A stretch of DNA of 59,111 nt, counting the filler, from Jimgerdemannia flammicorona (taxonomy: Eukaryota): the NCBI GenBank assembly GCA_003990765.1. It is 3 parts of 3 records of this genome, joined end to end, with 100 filler letters (N's around TTAATTAATTAA, not from the genome) between each part and the next. Parts side by side here need not be neighbours in the genome. Positions count along the whole stretch, not along the records: positions 1 to 19,645 come from RBNJ01001888.1; 2 more parts are not named here. One strand, 5' to 3'. Position 1 is the stretch's first letter. Each line of letters starts with the position of its first letter. The position numbers were made by a program, and so were the translations under genes. Under the pieces are notes generated by a model that made no database searches, was not told the origin of the DNA, and saw nothing but the letters and a program-made list of their open reading frames with translations. Below, one piece after another: positions 1-14,118 of this stretch.

Positions 1-91
1 TTTGTTTTTTTTTTTTTTTTTTTTTTTTTTTTCATTAATGAAAATCTACAATGTGTACGTAAACGGTCCATTAACTTTAACTCGTAATTAG

Positions 92-825
92 TATTTTTTG
101 ATCATCTCGAAATGAAAAACCTACCCTGCTCTGAGATGGACGTCTTATGGGTTTTGACGGTTCCCGCAATTTGGGATGATAGCGCAAAGATGCTAATGCG
201 TAAAGCTGCTTTTGCTGCTGGACTGGGAAAAGAAGAAGGCCAACTGATACTCGCATTGGAGCCAGAAGCTGCTTCTCTCTGGTGCCTCGCAAGTGGAGGA
301 CTCGCTTTGAAAAAGAACGACGTTTACATGGTCGTTGATTGTGGTGGCGGTACAGTGGATATCACGATACATGAAGTAGAACTAGCAGACGGACGACGCC
401 CGATGGTGAGAGAGGGTATGTATGATATTTCCTGTTTTTGTATAATTGCCCGATATTATCCCTGTCTAATTTTGAGGTGAATCTATTCATCAAACAGTCG
501 CGCCTGCCAGTGGTGGAGCCTGGGGATCAACATGCATTGATCGTGCTATTTTCAAATTGTTGGAAAATATTTTTGGTCCGATCCAATACAAAGCCATGAT
601 AGAAGATCCCCTTGGTCACACACAACTTCAAGATAATGTTGAGAGAGCCAAACGCTTGTTCAATGGCAGTAACAGTCCTGTCGTCCAACTTTGTGATTCA
701 CTCTTGCAATCGACAGAGAATGATTCGAACACACCAACACAAGCTGTCGAAAACTACAACCGAATTCATAAGACGGGACTTCGGTTGAAAGGTAAGCTAT
801 TGCGTAATGTTCGTTAATGGGGGCT

Positions 826-863
<38 letters not shown>

Positions 864-1673
864 CTGACATAATATGCATGTATTCTACTACAGGATCAAA
901 CCTTCTAATTCCAGCGCTCACATTCTCGGAAATTATCAGCTCTGCCACACAGTCGATCCTAATTCACGTGAAAAGCCTGTTGCAGCAATATGAAAATATC
1001 AAATACGTCGTGATGGTGGGAAACTTTGCAACTTGCATTCCATTGCAAAAGGAAATGGGAGATCTTGTGAAATCATTCAATATCAAATTGATTATCCCAG
1101 ACCAACCGGCGGATGCCATTATGAAAGGTGCTGTAATCTATGGGTTGAATTCCTCTGCTGTTAGCTCCCGTCGTGCCAGAAGAACGTATGGCGTGAAGAT
1201 ATTTGCAGATTTTATCCATGGTGTGCACCCCATAGAACGGCTTGTGATCAAGGAGGGAAGAAGCCTTTGCTCGGATGTGTTTGATGTATTTGTACAAAAG
1301 AATCAAATAATTCCATCGGGTCACATCGTGGAGCGTAATTACGTGAAGTTGGAAACGAACCAAACAGAGATAAGTATAGAGATTCTAATCTGCGATAAAG
1401 CCGAGTCGCCACCATTTGCCGACCACTACTCCGTGGATCTTATTGGAAAACATACCGTCAAGCTTCCTGTGAATGGCGCTGGAAGGTAGGATCTCACTAT
1501 AAAACTTATTTTATTTTATTTTATTTTATTTTACTTGAGTATCTTGATCTAATTGCAATCTCGTATGATTGTCTAGTATTACTACGGGTATGCTGTTTGG
1601 AGACACAGAAATTCATTGCAGAAGTGTAAATGAGTTAGGCCAAGAGGTAGTAACCAATTTGATGTTGACGTAG
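92..1673 (+). CDS. HSPA12-like (Hsp70/actin-like ATPase) protein, 5'-partial, 4 exons (~92-415, 498-791, 894-1485, 1577-1673)
   Basis: Motifs WVLTVPAIW, ALEPEAAS, VVDCGGGTVD, SGGAWGST, MVGNF, AIMKGAVIYG, SRRARRTYG and terminal MLFGDTEI. GT-AG introns 416-497, 792-893 and 1486-1576 join the exons in frame; TAG at 1671-1673. Confidence 0.9.
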
Positions 1674-2080
1674 TGGTGATGTATCCATATCCTGTAATAA
1701 GTTGTAAATCATATTTACCATGTGAAGGGCGTTCTAAAGTACAAAAGGTGCTGAGAAAATCAAATTCGAATATGGTTTATTTCCGATGCAGCAAAAGTAT
1801 GTATATACATGTCATGGATTGGATAAAGAACCAAGGTCATACTTGAACAAACTCCGCTGTTGACCAATATGGATTTTAAATTCTTGAAAGCAAGCTTGCC
1901 GCGTCATTAATCCAACCAAATAATGAGGGAGTTTACGTCCGTCTATCAAAGCACAGGCTAAAGTCATTTCGAGTTATCCACTATCACTTTCACGATAACT
2001 TCCATCATTTCTGCCACCTCGCAATTCAAGCGGACGTAGTTCTCCGTCCGCAGTAAGTTTTATCGTGGACGAATACAATA

Positions 2081-3282
2081 TTACGGACATTCGTCGTCAA
2101 ATTTCTCATGTGTTAGAATTTGTGACATGAACCTGGTTTGTTCCAGTCGAATGACTTCTCTCCCAAAGAACGGTTCGTTTAAATCGGGTAGTTCAAACCC
2201 GGAGTACAAAATTGGTATGTCACTTCTGTATTTGGTTGTCGCGATATCGGTGCGAAAAATACTATGCAACACATTGAAATAGCCATAAACAAAACCGATG
2301 TCATCACATATATCTATTATAAAAATAGGTTTGTTTATGGCTATTTCAATTGTGTTGCATAGTAATAATTCATTATCTTGTGTTTGTGCACATGACTCTG
2401 CCTGCACCCATGAAAAGTTCTGGGAGAATCTTCCTACGATTGCGTGCACTCGCCGCTTTGTTGTTTGATTCAACCATCAGGTTTTTGACCTCATGACGTT
2501 TATGGTCATTCACACGCCGGGCAATACCCCTGTGAGTTGGTGGTGACGCCATAGTCAAAATCCATTGTTTAGGAAAAACAAAGAATGCACACTGCTGGGG
2601 TCCTCTGTGTTTGGTGTATCCCAAGCGGAATGGGCTCTCCATTTACAAATGTCATGTAATCTGCTAAATTCAAGAACCTGCCGATTCGAGCCTTGAATGC
2701 GCGCCATCGGATGAGGAATTTTTTTTTTTTAAAGAAACATAGCTTGTGGAAAGGTGTGCATAATGAGCATATACAAATAAACATTGCACGTGTTCAGTGT
2801 CAAAGGCGACACATGTGGGATCTGATCTAAATTTGCACAGAAAAGGCATCGAAGCTGTCCTGTCTATCAAACAATGCTATCTGGACGCGATGAAACTATG
2901 CTAGATGTTCGAAGAGATAGAGGGATCCGAAAATCTCGCGTTAACCTTTTTTCTCAGATGAAATCTCTTCCGTCTGGTACACACCATGCTTAGCACAAAT
3001 CCACAGTATTAGGCCTAACCATGGCAACATAATTATGCGCAATGATTAAAATGTAAATGTTTGCATTGTTTGTACAATAGATCGCACGTGGTTGAGGTTT
3101 TATGCCAATTCCTGTATTCACTGCGCTAGTATAGTGAGTACCTGTAATTCCCAATTTTCAACTTGACAAAGCGGGGCGACAGAAATGGAAAGGCGTGTGT
3201 ATATACCTGGCGAAGCAACAGGAGAAGAGGCACACGCAAGCAGCGAGGCCCAAAAAACAATGAGGGAGATTGTTTGCACCAT
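2081..3282 (-). CDS. Possible multi-exon gene for a secreted protein of unknown family
   Basis: ATG at 3282 gives signal-peptide-like MVQTISLIVFWASLLACASSPVASP, followed by a GT donor at 3206. A 130-codon open frame lies at 2081-2473. The middle exons could not be resolved. Confidence 0.3.
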
Positions 3283-3945
3283 GGGACGTGTTTTTTTTAG
3301 ATTGTGTTTATTTGGGTGACACAGCTGGATTTCATGGCCACATGGCCGAGTGTGACTTAAAAATCGTGATGCTATAGCCATGGAGCCACATATTCGTTTA
3401 TTCTCTACACACAAAAATAATGACTCCTTCTCTACAAAGTTACAAACCCCATTAGAAATAATGCCTATCAGCCAGATAGTTGACGCGGTCGCATGTCCAG
3501 AGGGTGCCGCGGGCCCTTACTAGTGCTATGTCGTACAAATAGTGCTATCACGAAAGGCGCTCGTTATGGGTCCAGACATGACGATTCAAACCCGAGTGGA
3601 TGAACCGAATCGGGCTCAAATTGGTATGTCATCATCAAATGCTGGCGTTGTTCAGAACGAGGTGCCTTGATTCAGATTGAAATTAGTCCCCAAGGCCCAG
3701 AAGCCCGTACGTGACAGCGCCATGAAGGGGCCGTTAAGAAAGCAATGTACACACGAAGTCCGTGAACTATAATGATTATATTATACTTTGATAACTTATT
3801 GCAAAAATAGAGGAGTACTCTCTGATCCATCGGATACAATTAATACTTATGCAAAATAATCACATTGCCTTCAACAACACCATTGCCTTCAATCCAAATT
3901 CTTGACAATAAATCCACTAAATCCGCCTTCGACACCATATACCCG

Positions 3946-4497
3946 TCACTTTTCTCCAGCATGCGGTACTTGCCCGCATGGGCCACAGGCCTGGCCTGAC
4001 GAGCCCTCAACTCGATGGCCCCATGCGGTGCTTATTGACATGGAGCTTGTGGGGCACGATGTTGTACAAGTGATGCAGTAGGTAGTGAACGTTCGCTGAT
4101 GCCTATGTATGAGACGAAACGACTTGCCGTCTGAGTAAATCTTACCATCCCGCATAGGGTTCGGGATGTTGCTCAGGTTGACAACGCTGCCAGTATGATA
4201 CCGATATAGAGGGATTGAAAAGGGTTTTAGAATCGTGGTACGCAATATATGGGTAATACAATCTCCCAAATCAAACGTGGTCCTCTTTGTACCTATTGCA
4301 GAAAAATATATCTTGGGTATATCTTCGTGGGTGCGCATGTCGCCGGTATATATCCTGGTCTTGTCATCGGCCGAAAGCTGTAGCCAGACATGGTTGCTTA
4401 CAAGCACGCTGACTTGGACCAGCTTACAGGGCCTGGAATGTAGGTTAGTGTCCGCAACTACGGGTGGCTCCGATGACGGCGAGACTTTGATGGTCAT
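3946..4497 (-). CDS. Hypothetical protein (about 183 aa)
   Basis: Long ORF in CpG-normal DNA with ATG at 4497; no motif recognised. Confidence 0.3.
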   Translation of the reverse strand: MTIKVSPSSEPPVVADTNLHSRPCKLVQVSVLVSNHVWLQLSADDKTRIYTGDMRTHEDIPKIYFSAIGTKRTTFDLGDCITHILRTTILKPFSIPLYRYHTGSVVNLSNIPNPMRDGKIYSDGKSFRLIHRHQRTFTTYCITCTTSCPTSSMSISTAWGHRVEGSSGQACGPCGQVPHAGEK

Positions 4498-5649
4498 CGT
4501 TTCGCTTTGGTTTAGTTGGCGTATTTGTATATGAGAATTCGAAAGGCTCCGCAATTGCAAACTATCTCACATGCAAACGGAGACCGAGACAGCCATTGCA
4601 AACAAACTCACCCGCAAATAGAGGCCAAGGTAGCCATTGCAGACCCTCTCTATTGCAAATACGTTTTCGCTTAAACTCCGCCGCCTTCGGATATCTCGCG
4701 TGCTCCGTCAGTAGGCTCGATTCGACATATCCTCCAGATACGCCTCACCCTTGCCCTTGAGCTCAGGTGCCGAAATCGTTCACATCTGTGTTGTGGCACC
4801 TGCGGCATGGTCTTCTAAAAATTCCCTCGCAACCTATCAACTCGTTCTTAGTCACCTCCTTGTCGATGCGGTGTTCGGATGCCGCCGGGTGTAGGCTTCG
4901 CCACCCTTGAAAGCATAGGACCGGTTAAGTTTGTAGGCGAAGAGAATGTTGTCAGTTTTGGATCGGCCGTACGCTTTTCATTTGTCGTAAGGGCGCATGG
5001 TGAAATTCGGGTTGGAGCGAAGGGAAGTAGGAGAAGAAGATGCGGGAAGGTGCATATGCAACTCGACATCATCAGCTACGCGTAAAAGCGCGTTATTTGT
5101 ATTATCAATAAACGCTGCTCTTTGCCCCATCCTTCGAGATTCCTAACTATAAGGATAACCTAACTAATACCTTAATAGAAGTAAAGCGGCGAGCAAACTA
5201 TCACAAAGTAAACATCACTCACCTAACTGACAATCACGCAAGCTACAAGGTTGTCGATCAGGAGGTGAGTGAGTGACAAAAATACGTATGTGTGTGGTGC
5301 GGAATGGATAGGAGAAAGGTAAGCGCTTATGATGGAAGGCGATAGCATACAAGTACAAAGGCGGGATGGAAACCTATTGTTCGGCAAGAATCCACTTGAA
5401 TGAGAGATGTCAGGAAGCGGAAGGAGAAAGTGGATTGAGGCGATGTAGGTTGTAGAGTGTAGAGCGCGGATATTTAACGAGCGAAAGTCCGTCAGCTAGG
5501 AATACACGAAGAACAAACATGCTGCAGGTTTTCTCCATCCTCTCTCCGCCTCTTCCCCTCCCCTCCCCCCCTTTTATCTTCTTCCCCCACTATCCGGTCC
5601 ATTAAACTATTCGAGACTCACGCTAAAGCATGTCTGCGACCACCACTTC

Positions 5650-8460
5650 CTCTTGATTTGGCATCCCATTCGGCTTCACTTTGGCCAATACCACGTGAGT
5701 CATTATCTGTGGCACCTACGGGTAAGCCAGCGCTGAACCTTTGGGTAAATCTCGTCGCTGGTGGCCACGGATGGAGACGAGGACGTCGTGGTCCAGCAGA
5801 GGGGCCGTGCTTGGCCAGGCGACTTAACAGACATCCGGGTTGTCATCAGGGAGCTAGAAAGGGCCTTCGTCCGTCAGGTCATCGAACCCCGCGCATCGAG
5901 GCGGAGTGTGCTGAACTGGGTCCCAAAACCGTCGACGGCCTTACAAAGGGGGGAGGGGCTATGGTACTTGGAGACATGAGTTGGAAACTCGGCAACGAAA
6001 GGCGACGACAAACGTAATCGAAAGAGAAATGTTCAGCTTACCACCATTGAGGATTAGTCCCCTCAGCTGGCTGTAACCTTCAAGTCCTGTATGGGCGGCA
6101 GCTCGCGCTTTTCGGAACGCCGAGGTGGCTGCAACCCGTCCTCCCACGCGTCGCCGTCGTCCGGCCCAGCTGGCTCCCTTTCTTGCTCCCCCTCCAGCTC
6201 CGGTTCAAGTTCTTCCCCGATCCGGCCTCCTCCTCTTCCTCCTCCTCTTACTCGGCCATCCGAAAGGGTCGTCCGCACCGGGTTCAAGCTGTTTGTACCT
6301 AAACACGTGGTGGTTATCGACTAGCCGTTCCTCATCATCATCCGAGGACAGATGCTGCCCGGGTGCCGCGCGGATCCTCGAGTCCCGAACGCTCGTTGTC
6401 GGAGCGGACGGCAGCGATCGATTTGCGGCGCATCGGGATAGCAGCGCCGAAATACTTGGAGGTGGAGGCGGGATCGTCTAAAATGACTGTGAATAGTGTG
6501 GTCATGGATGTAAACATGATGTCAAAGATGGAAATATACTATAATGAAAAAGAGACCTTTACCGAATTGAAACCCCAGGCTTTGTAACGACTTGACCCTC
6601 TGAAATGTCAATCGGATGTTCTTGGATAGGAGCCTCGATCTGATGCAAGGATAAAAAAGGCACGTTAAACCCGAAACAAATCCAACATACCAATCCCCAA
6701 AAACTCATCCACTATCACCACTAAGCGCCTATCGACAGCTCAATCCTCAAACCAGCCTCACGCTCACCAGGGCACCCCCTTCAAACAAAATAACGCTAAC
6801 ACTTACATTCTTTCCGCATCTCTCTGTCCCAAGGGTACGGCCTGCAAGAAGGCCGAGAGGATCTTGAAAAGGCGGATGATCAACGATCATGACCCTGGCG
6901 TTACGGTTGATAATGAACCGAAAGCCAGCGGCCTTGGATACGGCGTACGTGATGCGGTCGTCGTGAATGTTCACGATGTGCTGCGAGGAGACCCGCGAGG
7001 CCATCGCGTCGACACCGGTGCCATTACCGGATTTTGACCATGTGCTCGAGGAGCTGAACGAGATGCAATGTCGGGTTCGACCGAAGTGTGATGGCCGTCC
7101 ATGTTGAGCTCGAAGAACTGTACGGAAGAAGAGGATTGGGATTGAGAACTAAACCCGGTATTTTTCTTCATCTTAAATAAAACACCTTCAACCAACCGAA
7201 GAACGACAACGAATACAAACCCTTAACCGCCTTCATATAGACCCTACAAACGGCCGCCTGCACAGCCTCAGACACCCAAGAGCAAGGTCTCTACGAGCTG
7301 CTTGATGATGTCATCAACCTCCTGCCGGAACCTGCCGTAATGCGCCAGGAGGGGCACACAATCAAAAACGGCCAGCATGATGGGCCTTGCGAGCGTAGTC
7401 TTGAAATGGAAGAACACGATCGATCTGGCAGTGTCTGCGGTAGCGGCGTTCGTTGCCTCTGTGGAACAATGGAACACACGTGTTAAAGCATTTACCTCCT
7501 TTTACGAACCCACGTTAGGGAAAAAAACATGGCAAAACCCACCTATATCCCACTCCCCTTTTCCCATTGTCGTCTTCTCCTTGCTACTCTCCCCCCCTCT
7601 CGTCACATCCCTTCCCGCTCTCATCTCCAGCTCGCCCTTCACCTGTCAGCCCACCATCTGATCTCGGCCTCGACCAGCGCCGCACACCTCTCTGCATGTC
7701 TGTCAGGATGATCAAACACAGCTGCCGCATGTTTGGCGAGTCAGACGACAGGAATAGGTCGTTCGAGAAGGAGCAATCAGGTGTTGCTGAGGGTCCTGAA
7801 TGCTTGAGAATATGAAGACGAGAAGGTGCCCACAAACATGTCAGTTATATGACCCTCTCCCTCCCCCAATGCGAAGTCGGAAAAAAAATAAAAAGTAAAA
7901 AAAAAACCCACCATTCTCTTCACTGCCTCCATGACCCGGACTGTTGCCCCGACGACAAGTCCGGTGAAACTGCCCAGAGCCCAGTCGCGGCGCTCCGTGC
8001 GCTCCTCGATGACCTTGACGACCTCAGTGGGGGCGTCATTGGCCCGACTCCTCCGGCTGAATGGCGTGGCACTTTCATATGAGATATTGGCGAAGAATGT
8101 TGACGGCTGAAAGAGGATTGGAAATTTATTAGCGACCGAAAGCCCATAAAGTTATGTGCCAAACAAAAGCGAATCTAAAACCACACCTGTTCCTCCTCGT
8201 ACTCCAACCTTCTCTTATTGACGAGACTGACAATGAGGTGTACGGCCTGCTTACCCTTGATGTCGCGAGGAGGTGCTCGATGCGGGAGCTGGCGCTGCTG
8301 AGGGGTTGGAGCTGGTTGTCCGTGAACCGGGCCGTCGGGATGTCTCGCAATGTATACGTTCGCGTAGAAGTTCACAGCCTGAAACACACAATTACGACCA
8401 CCCACCAATTCCTCCCTCAACTCTCCGACAACCTCGTGGTGTTGGGATTACCGCAGTAAG
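5650..8460 (-). pseudogene. Disrupted multi-exon gene; the 7268-7477 segment resembles the C-terminal region of cohesin Scc3/STAG
   Basis: GC-rich coding-like blocks are separated by intron-like stretches and carry stops and frameshifts. LARPIMLAVFDCVPLLAHYGRFRQEVDDIIKQLVE recalls the STAG motif Y...YGDIIKE (from memory, unverified). Confidence 0.3.
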
Positions 8461-11400
8461 CGAAAAGAATGGCGAACCCGCGGTGACGAGGACGGGATAT
8501 GTCGTGAAGTCGGATTGGAACATGGTTGCGGAGAGGGGGTTTAGTTCTAAAGGCTGGGGGCAGAAAGGGTGTGGGGAAGGGGATATAGGTTATAATTCTT
8601 CCCACGAGCAGCCACAAAATTTTACAATGCAACCGGTCAATAAAGGGGGCGTAGATGTCGCGGCGACGAGGTGTCTGCTGTATGCAAATCTATTCATCCT
8701 TTTTGAACGGGGTTGAGCTGTACGAATTAAAAAAAGTAATGGCCCGCCATATTTATAAAGCGCCCTGGCCCGCCATGCCCTCCCGCTCCAGCGCTTGTGG
8801 GTCAGCGTCTTTATAGTGCCCGATGCCGCGACACTGTAAAGCTAAGAGGAAGACGCCAGCTTATCTCTACTAGTTTTGACCCCTGTGGCGTGCGGTTGTG
8901 GGTCAGAGGTGAGTGAACAGAAATTTCACGCCTACAGTCGAGACTGATTGGTGAACAAATGCCGTGATGTGAATCGTGATTTACGCATTTATTGATTCTG
9001 AAAGATCTATTTTAATATAGTGATATCAATAGATATATATAATACTTTATAAAAAATAAAAATAAAAATATTTATTATTTTGAGATATTTTTATAGTAGA
9101 ATGCTCGTTAATTATTAGAAACTAACACTAATTTATTCTAAAAAAAAACTCTAAATATATATCTATTTATTGTTTTAAATAAAGTTAAAATAGAAATATA
9201 TAAGTTTTTATCATAAGTATATTTTAATAAAAATAAAAAATATATTATAATTTTCTTAAAAAAAGTTTATATAAACTTTTACCTTTTTAATATAATATTA
9301 TAAATAAATTATATAATTAAAATTAATTTATAGTATTTTATATTTATAATATGTAATAATACAGTATATCTTAATTATAATATATTTTCATATTATTTTT
9401 TTAGTCTTTTTTTATTCTTTTTTAAATAGCCTATAATATTCTATATAATTTTTTTTTAAATACTTAGAAATTCTTTCTTAATACTAAGAGATTAATAGAA
9501 TATTATAAACTTATATTAGTATAATAAAACTATATACTAATAGAATTACTATATTATAAATAATTAATAGTAATTATTGACTCTAAGTTTGAAATTCTTA
9601 AGAAAGTGTTGAGTTTTAAAATTACCTATTATAGCAAGATCCAAGTATCACTTTTAGGTTCTTGTCTAGGTATAGAAGACTATGCTTATATCTCAAGTTG
9701 ATCAAACTTAGAATAATTAATAAATTAGATCTGAGGTTTTAATAAAAATACTACTTTATTTTTAAATTTAGAAAAGTAGAACTGAGGTTGCAATTTACTT
9801 AGTATAAAAAATATTTATATATTTCAAAGCTATGATCAAATATAGTATACTGGATATGTCTATATATATATATATTATTTTGAGTACTATGACTATTAGT
9901 CAGAAATTCTATAGGAAATTCTTATTGAAAATTTCAGTAGCTTATAATAATTCATTATATCCTTCCCTTCTTTACTTAAACCTACTCATTAGTTTCAGTA
10001 CTAAACTTTAAGTATTTATCAAACTAAAGGACAGTTTACTGAACTACTTAAAAGATAATTTTACTTTATTATTTATTACTCAAGTTGGTAATATTCTTAG
10101 AGAATACTCTACAGAGGTAGTCAAGAACTCAGGATTAGATGCAGAAGAGAATATAGAGTTTTTTGGCAACTATATAAGTATAGTGATTAATGAAAAGGTA
10201 GACTTATTATTTTATAGTACTGAGAGTAGCTTATTGATAGATAAAGTATTCTATCTTATAGTACTCTTTGAGTTCTTATTGATATCAGAATGTCTGGAAA
10301 TACTATATTCTTCTAAGATATTATTGGATTTTATTTGGATCTGGGTCTAGATATTTATATTGATAGATAGTAGTTTGGTAGAGTTTTATTACTCTAAGAA
10401 CTGTAGTAACAATCTTATTTTTGACTTAATCTCAGTATTATTACTAAGTACTTATATTAGAAGAAGTGGGTTATCTATATAAGATTATATCAGAATATTT
10501 ATACTTCTTTTACCAAGATTATTCAAAGATATAACTGTCTTTTGAAAATTCCATCAAAATTTCCATTATATCAAATATTTATATTAGATTACTGCCTCTT
10601 CTATATTTGGTAATAAGTAGTCTTCTTTTTCTCAAATAGTATTATATTTGAGATATTCTTTCCATTTTATAAAATAGTACTAGATAGACTAGGTAGCTCT
10701 TTTAAATTGATGATTTTTATAATCTGGAATATTCAACTTTATATTCTAGCTACTGATCAAATATTATTAGATCTGGGAGTAGTATAGTTCTTTCTTTAAG
10801 GGTGTTTGGAGTATATAGCTGAAGTTGAGATATATGAAACACTGGATAAATTCTTTCTAATATTACTAAGAGATCTAATTTATATATAACAGGTCTATAT
10901 TTTTTAAGAATCTTGAATAGTCTGATATAGTAGGGTCTACATTTCTTTTTTAGACCTATATTACTCAGAATTAGGTTCTAAGTACTGAGTAATACTTATT
11001 CTTCTATTTGTAAGTGACTTCTTTTCTATTCTTATCAGTATATATTATTTGTATTCTTTGTACTTCTATGGGAGTATCTCATACTTGCTAAATATTATCT
11101 TATATAATATCAGTAATTTCTTATACTGCTGATACTATAGTTTGAATAGTAACTATTAGAGTTTGTGGATATTATCCATAGTTCAAGTAGAATGGTATCA
11201 TTTTAGTACTTGTGCTTAGACTATTATTATAGACAAATTTGGCTAGAGTCAGCTTTTCATTCTAATCATTTTACTTATAGCTGTAGTAGATGCTGAGAAT
11301 CTATTTCAGGGTTTGATTAGTTCTTTCTATCTAGCCATCTGTTTGCAGATAGTATACTGTAGATATTTTCAGTTATATTCCTAAACTCTTGAAGAGTACT

Positions 11401-12659
11401 TACTAAAATTACTTATAAACTTTGTATCTTGATCTGAGATAATTGCTAATAGTAGTCTATAAAGACAAAATATGTTATCAATAAATAGCTGAGCTGTTTC
11501 TGATACTATTACCATAGTAGTTATTATAATAAAGTGGATCTGCTTGCTGAGGCAATTAATGCAAATAATGATTGCATCTCTTCTCTTCTTAGTTTTTGAT
11601 AACTGGACAATGAAGTCTATTCTAATATAGTTCTAATTTCAGATAAGAATTAGTAGCAATTATAGAGTACTAGCTGATACTTAATTACTGAACTTATATC
11701 TTTAACAAATATCATAAGATACAATATAGTTCTTAATATTAAATGTCATTTTGGGCCAGTAGAAGTCTTGGGCAATATATTGATATATCTTATCAAAACA
11801 TATATATCTAGTTATAAGTATATCATAAAGTTCTTGTAGGATTCATAAATAGATAGGAATGTCAGAGATCCAAATTCTTATATTGTCAAGGTACAGTATT
11901 TATTTTGAACTAATATATTCTTATAGACTTTGTTTATGATATTATTGTCTTCTTCAAGAATTTGTCTGGTGATTTCTTATATGTATATTAGTATTTTTTG
12001 ACATACTCTTTCTTGAGTTCTTTAAACAGACTGATGATAATAATGTTAATTGCTATAAGATTATCTTTTTGTGTACTTCAGGAGAGTGCATCAGCTATAT
12101 CATTCTTGGTTCTAGCAATGTACTTGATTTTGATGTCAAAGGGTATAAGAATCTATATCTATTGGGCTTATCTTTTAGTAATAATTGGCTGTATCTAGAT
12201 ATATCAGAGGCCTTGATAGTCAGTCTATATATAAGAGAGTTACTTTGTTAGAGTATTATTATATAGTTCTGAAAGGGTTTTCTGGAAGTTCTGGATATTC
12301 TGAACTATTTTCTTTAAGATTAAGATCATTTTCATATAGAGTATATCTTCTATACTTATTGATTTCAAGATTAGATTAATGTCTCAACCAAAGTCCTTTT
12401 TCAGACTTATTCTGGATGTTCAGAAAATTCTGTATTTCAGGAAGTTTAAGAAACTAAGACCAGCTTAGTTGAATTGACATATCACTGCAGATAATATCTA
12501 ATTAGGAAATTTCATAACTTGGTTAGAAGTAGGATCTAATGGGGTACAGATTTACTTAAGAGTAGTTTGTAGATTATTAAATAGATTTAATCACTATTCA
12601 TAATATTACTATATTAGGAGTAGTGTATAAAGAGATATTGTGAAAAAGTATTCAGAAGT

Positions 12660-12830
12660 TCTTATATTCAGATCTGGTACTTGTTTTGTCTAAATTTCTG
12701 AGGTCTGGGAGAGTGGGTATTTATACTAATAGGAGGCTATCTGGACTATACTAAATATGGATATAGTACTTAGTGCTTTGCTGAGTTAGAATACAATCAT
12801 ATAGTATAAGTGTGAACTGATATATCAAGA
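12660..12830 (-). repeat. LTR-like repeat, copy 1
   Basis: About 160 bp aligns by eye with 18525-18676. The minus strand has TATAAATA. Boundaries are approximate. Confidence 0.6.
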
Positions 12831-14118
12831 GATCATCTGACTAATGAGTCAATATATAGTTATATCATATAAAGTTAATTTAACTATACTAATAACTGCT
12901 AAGCTATATATAGATTTAGATTCTATCTGAATAGTCTTTGATGAGGTCACTATTAATGATATTATCTCTGATAAAGTAGTTATCTAAGAGCAGCTTTTAG
13001 ATTATATCTTCTTATTTATTTATATAGTAATAGGTTAGAACTATATCACTATTCTACAGAATAGCATTATCTGTATTATATATTGGATATAGTATTGATA
13101 TATAGAGAAGGAGTGTATCATCTTTGCTTTCATCAAATTTACTATCTGCATATCTTTAGTAAGTATATAATAGTGCTATAAGTTGCAGGGTTATAGTAAG
13201 CTAGTAACTATATTTCATTTCATTTATACTCTATTGGTTTAATCTCAAGGGTTGTCTGGAGATATAGATTATGTTCTCTGATATCTTCATTATAGTTGAA
13301 GTAATCAAATATAAATGTAGGTTAGTACTCATGCCAGTGGTCATTATCTCAATAAGTTTCATAGATAGTTATAAATTATTATAAGTTCATTAATAAGATT
13401 GATAGAGTAATCAGGGCTGGCAGAGAATCTTAACTAAAGGTCATATTATCAGAGATATCATTGTCTTCTTTTTTATCATTATCAAACTAGATTATATTAT
13501 AGATATGTATTCTTCATAGTATATCTAACTTAGGATATTTGCAGAATATGATTATCAGGATGAAAAAAGGATCTGTCTGTAGTTTGAATATACTTAATAT
13601 ACTTGTAGTTGAGTTCTTATACAATATTGTCAATTTGGCCATAAGACAGAATGGTAACCATTTCAGCAGTAGTAACTTGGAGATAGAGAATAAAGATGCT
13701 ATACTTATAAAAGAGTTCTTAGTATTTATAAGTGATGAGTTTCTGGTATTGAGATATTTAGATAATATCTCTATTATAGTAGTGTTCAACTATATCTTCT
13801 AGAAGGTAGCTAATCTAGTAGTAGCTTGAGATTTGTCCAATTCAGTAGACTTTGCTAAGTATGTTCAGGGCATTCCATTGGGCCACTATGAAGTAAAAAT
13901 GTACCAAGCTATAGATATTTATAAGAAGCAGGAGAGATGTAACTTGGTTGACAATAGTATTCCCAATGTTAGTACAGATATAGTTATAGATCTCAGTAAT
14001 CATATTTATATATATATTCAAGAATTATAGTTGTTTGTTTGATTTGTTGTAGTTCTGTATTTCAACATACCTGTGTTTTAAATATATACTTTTTGTTCTG
14101 AATGGTAAGGTTTTATTT

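Noticed and set aside
13040..14030. Degenerate coding-like AT-rich segment, possibly another transposon gene
   Set aside because: No diagnostic motif could be reconstructed by eye.
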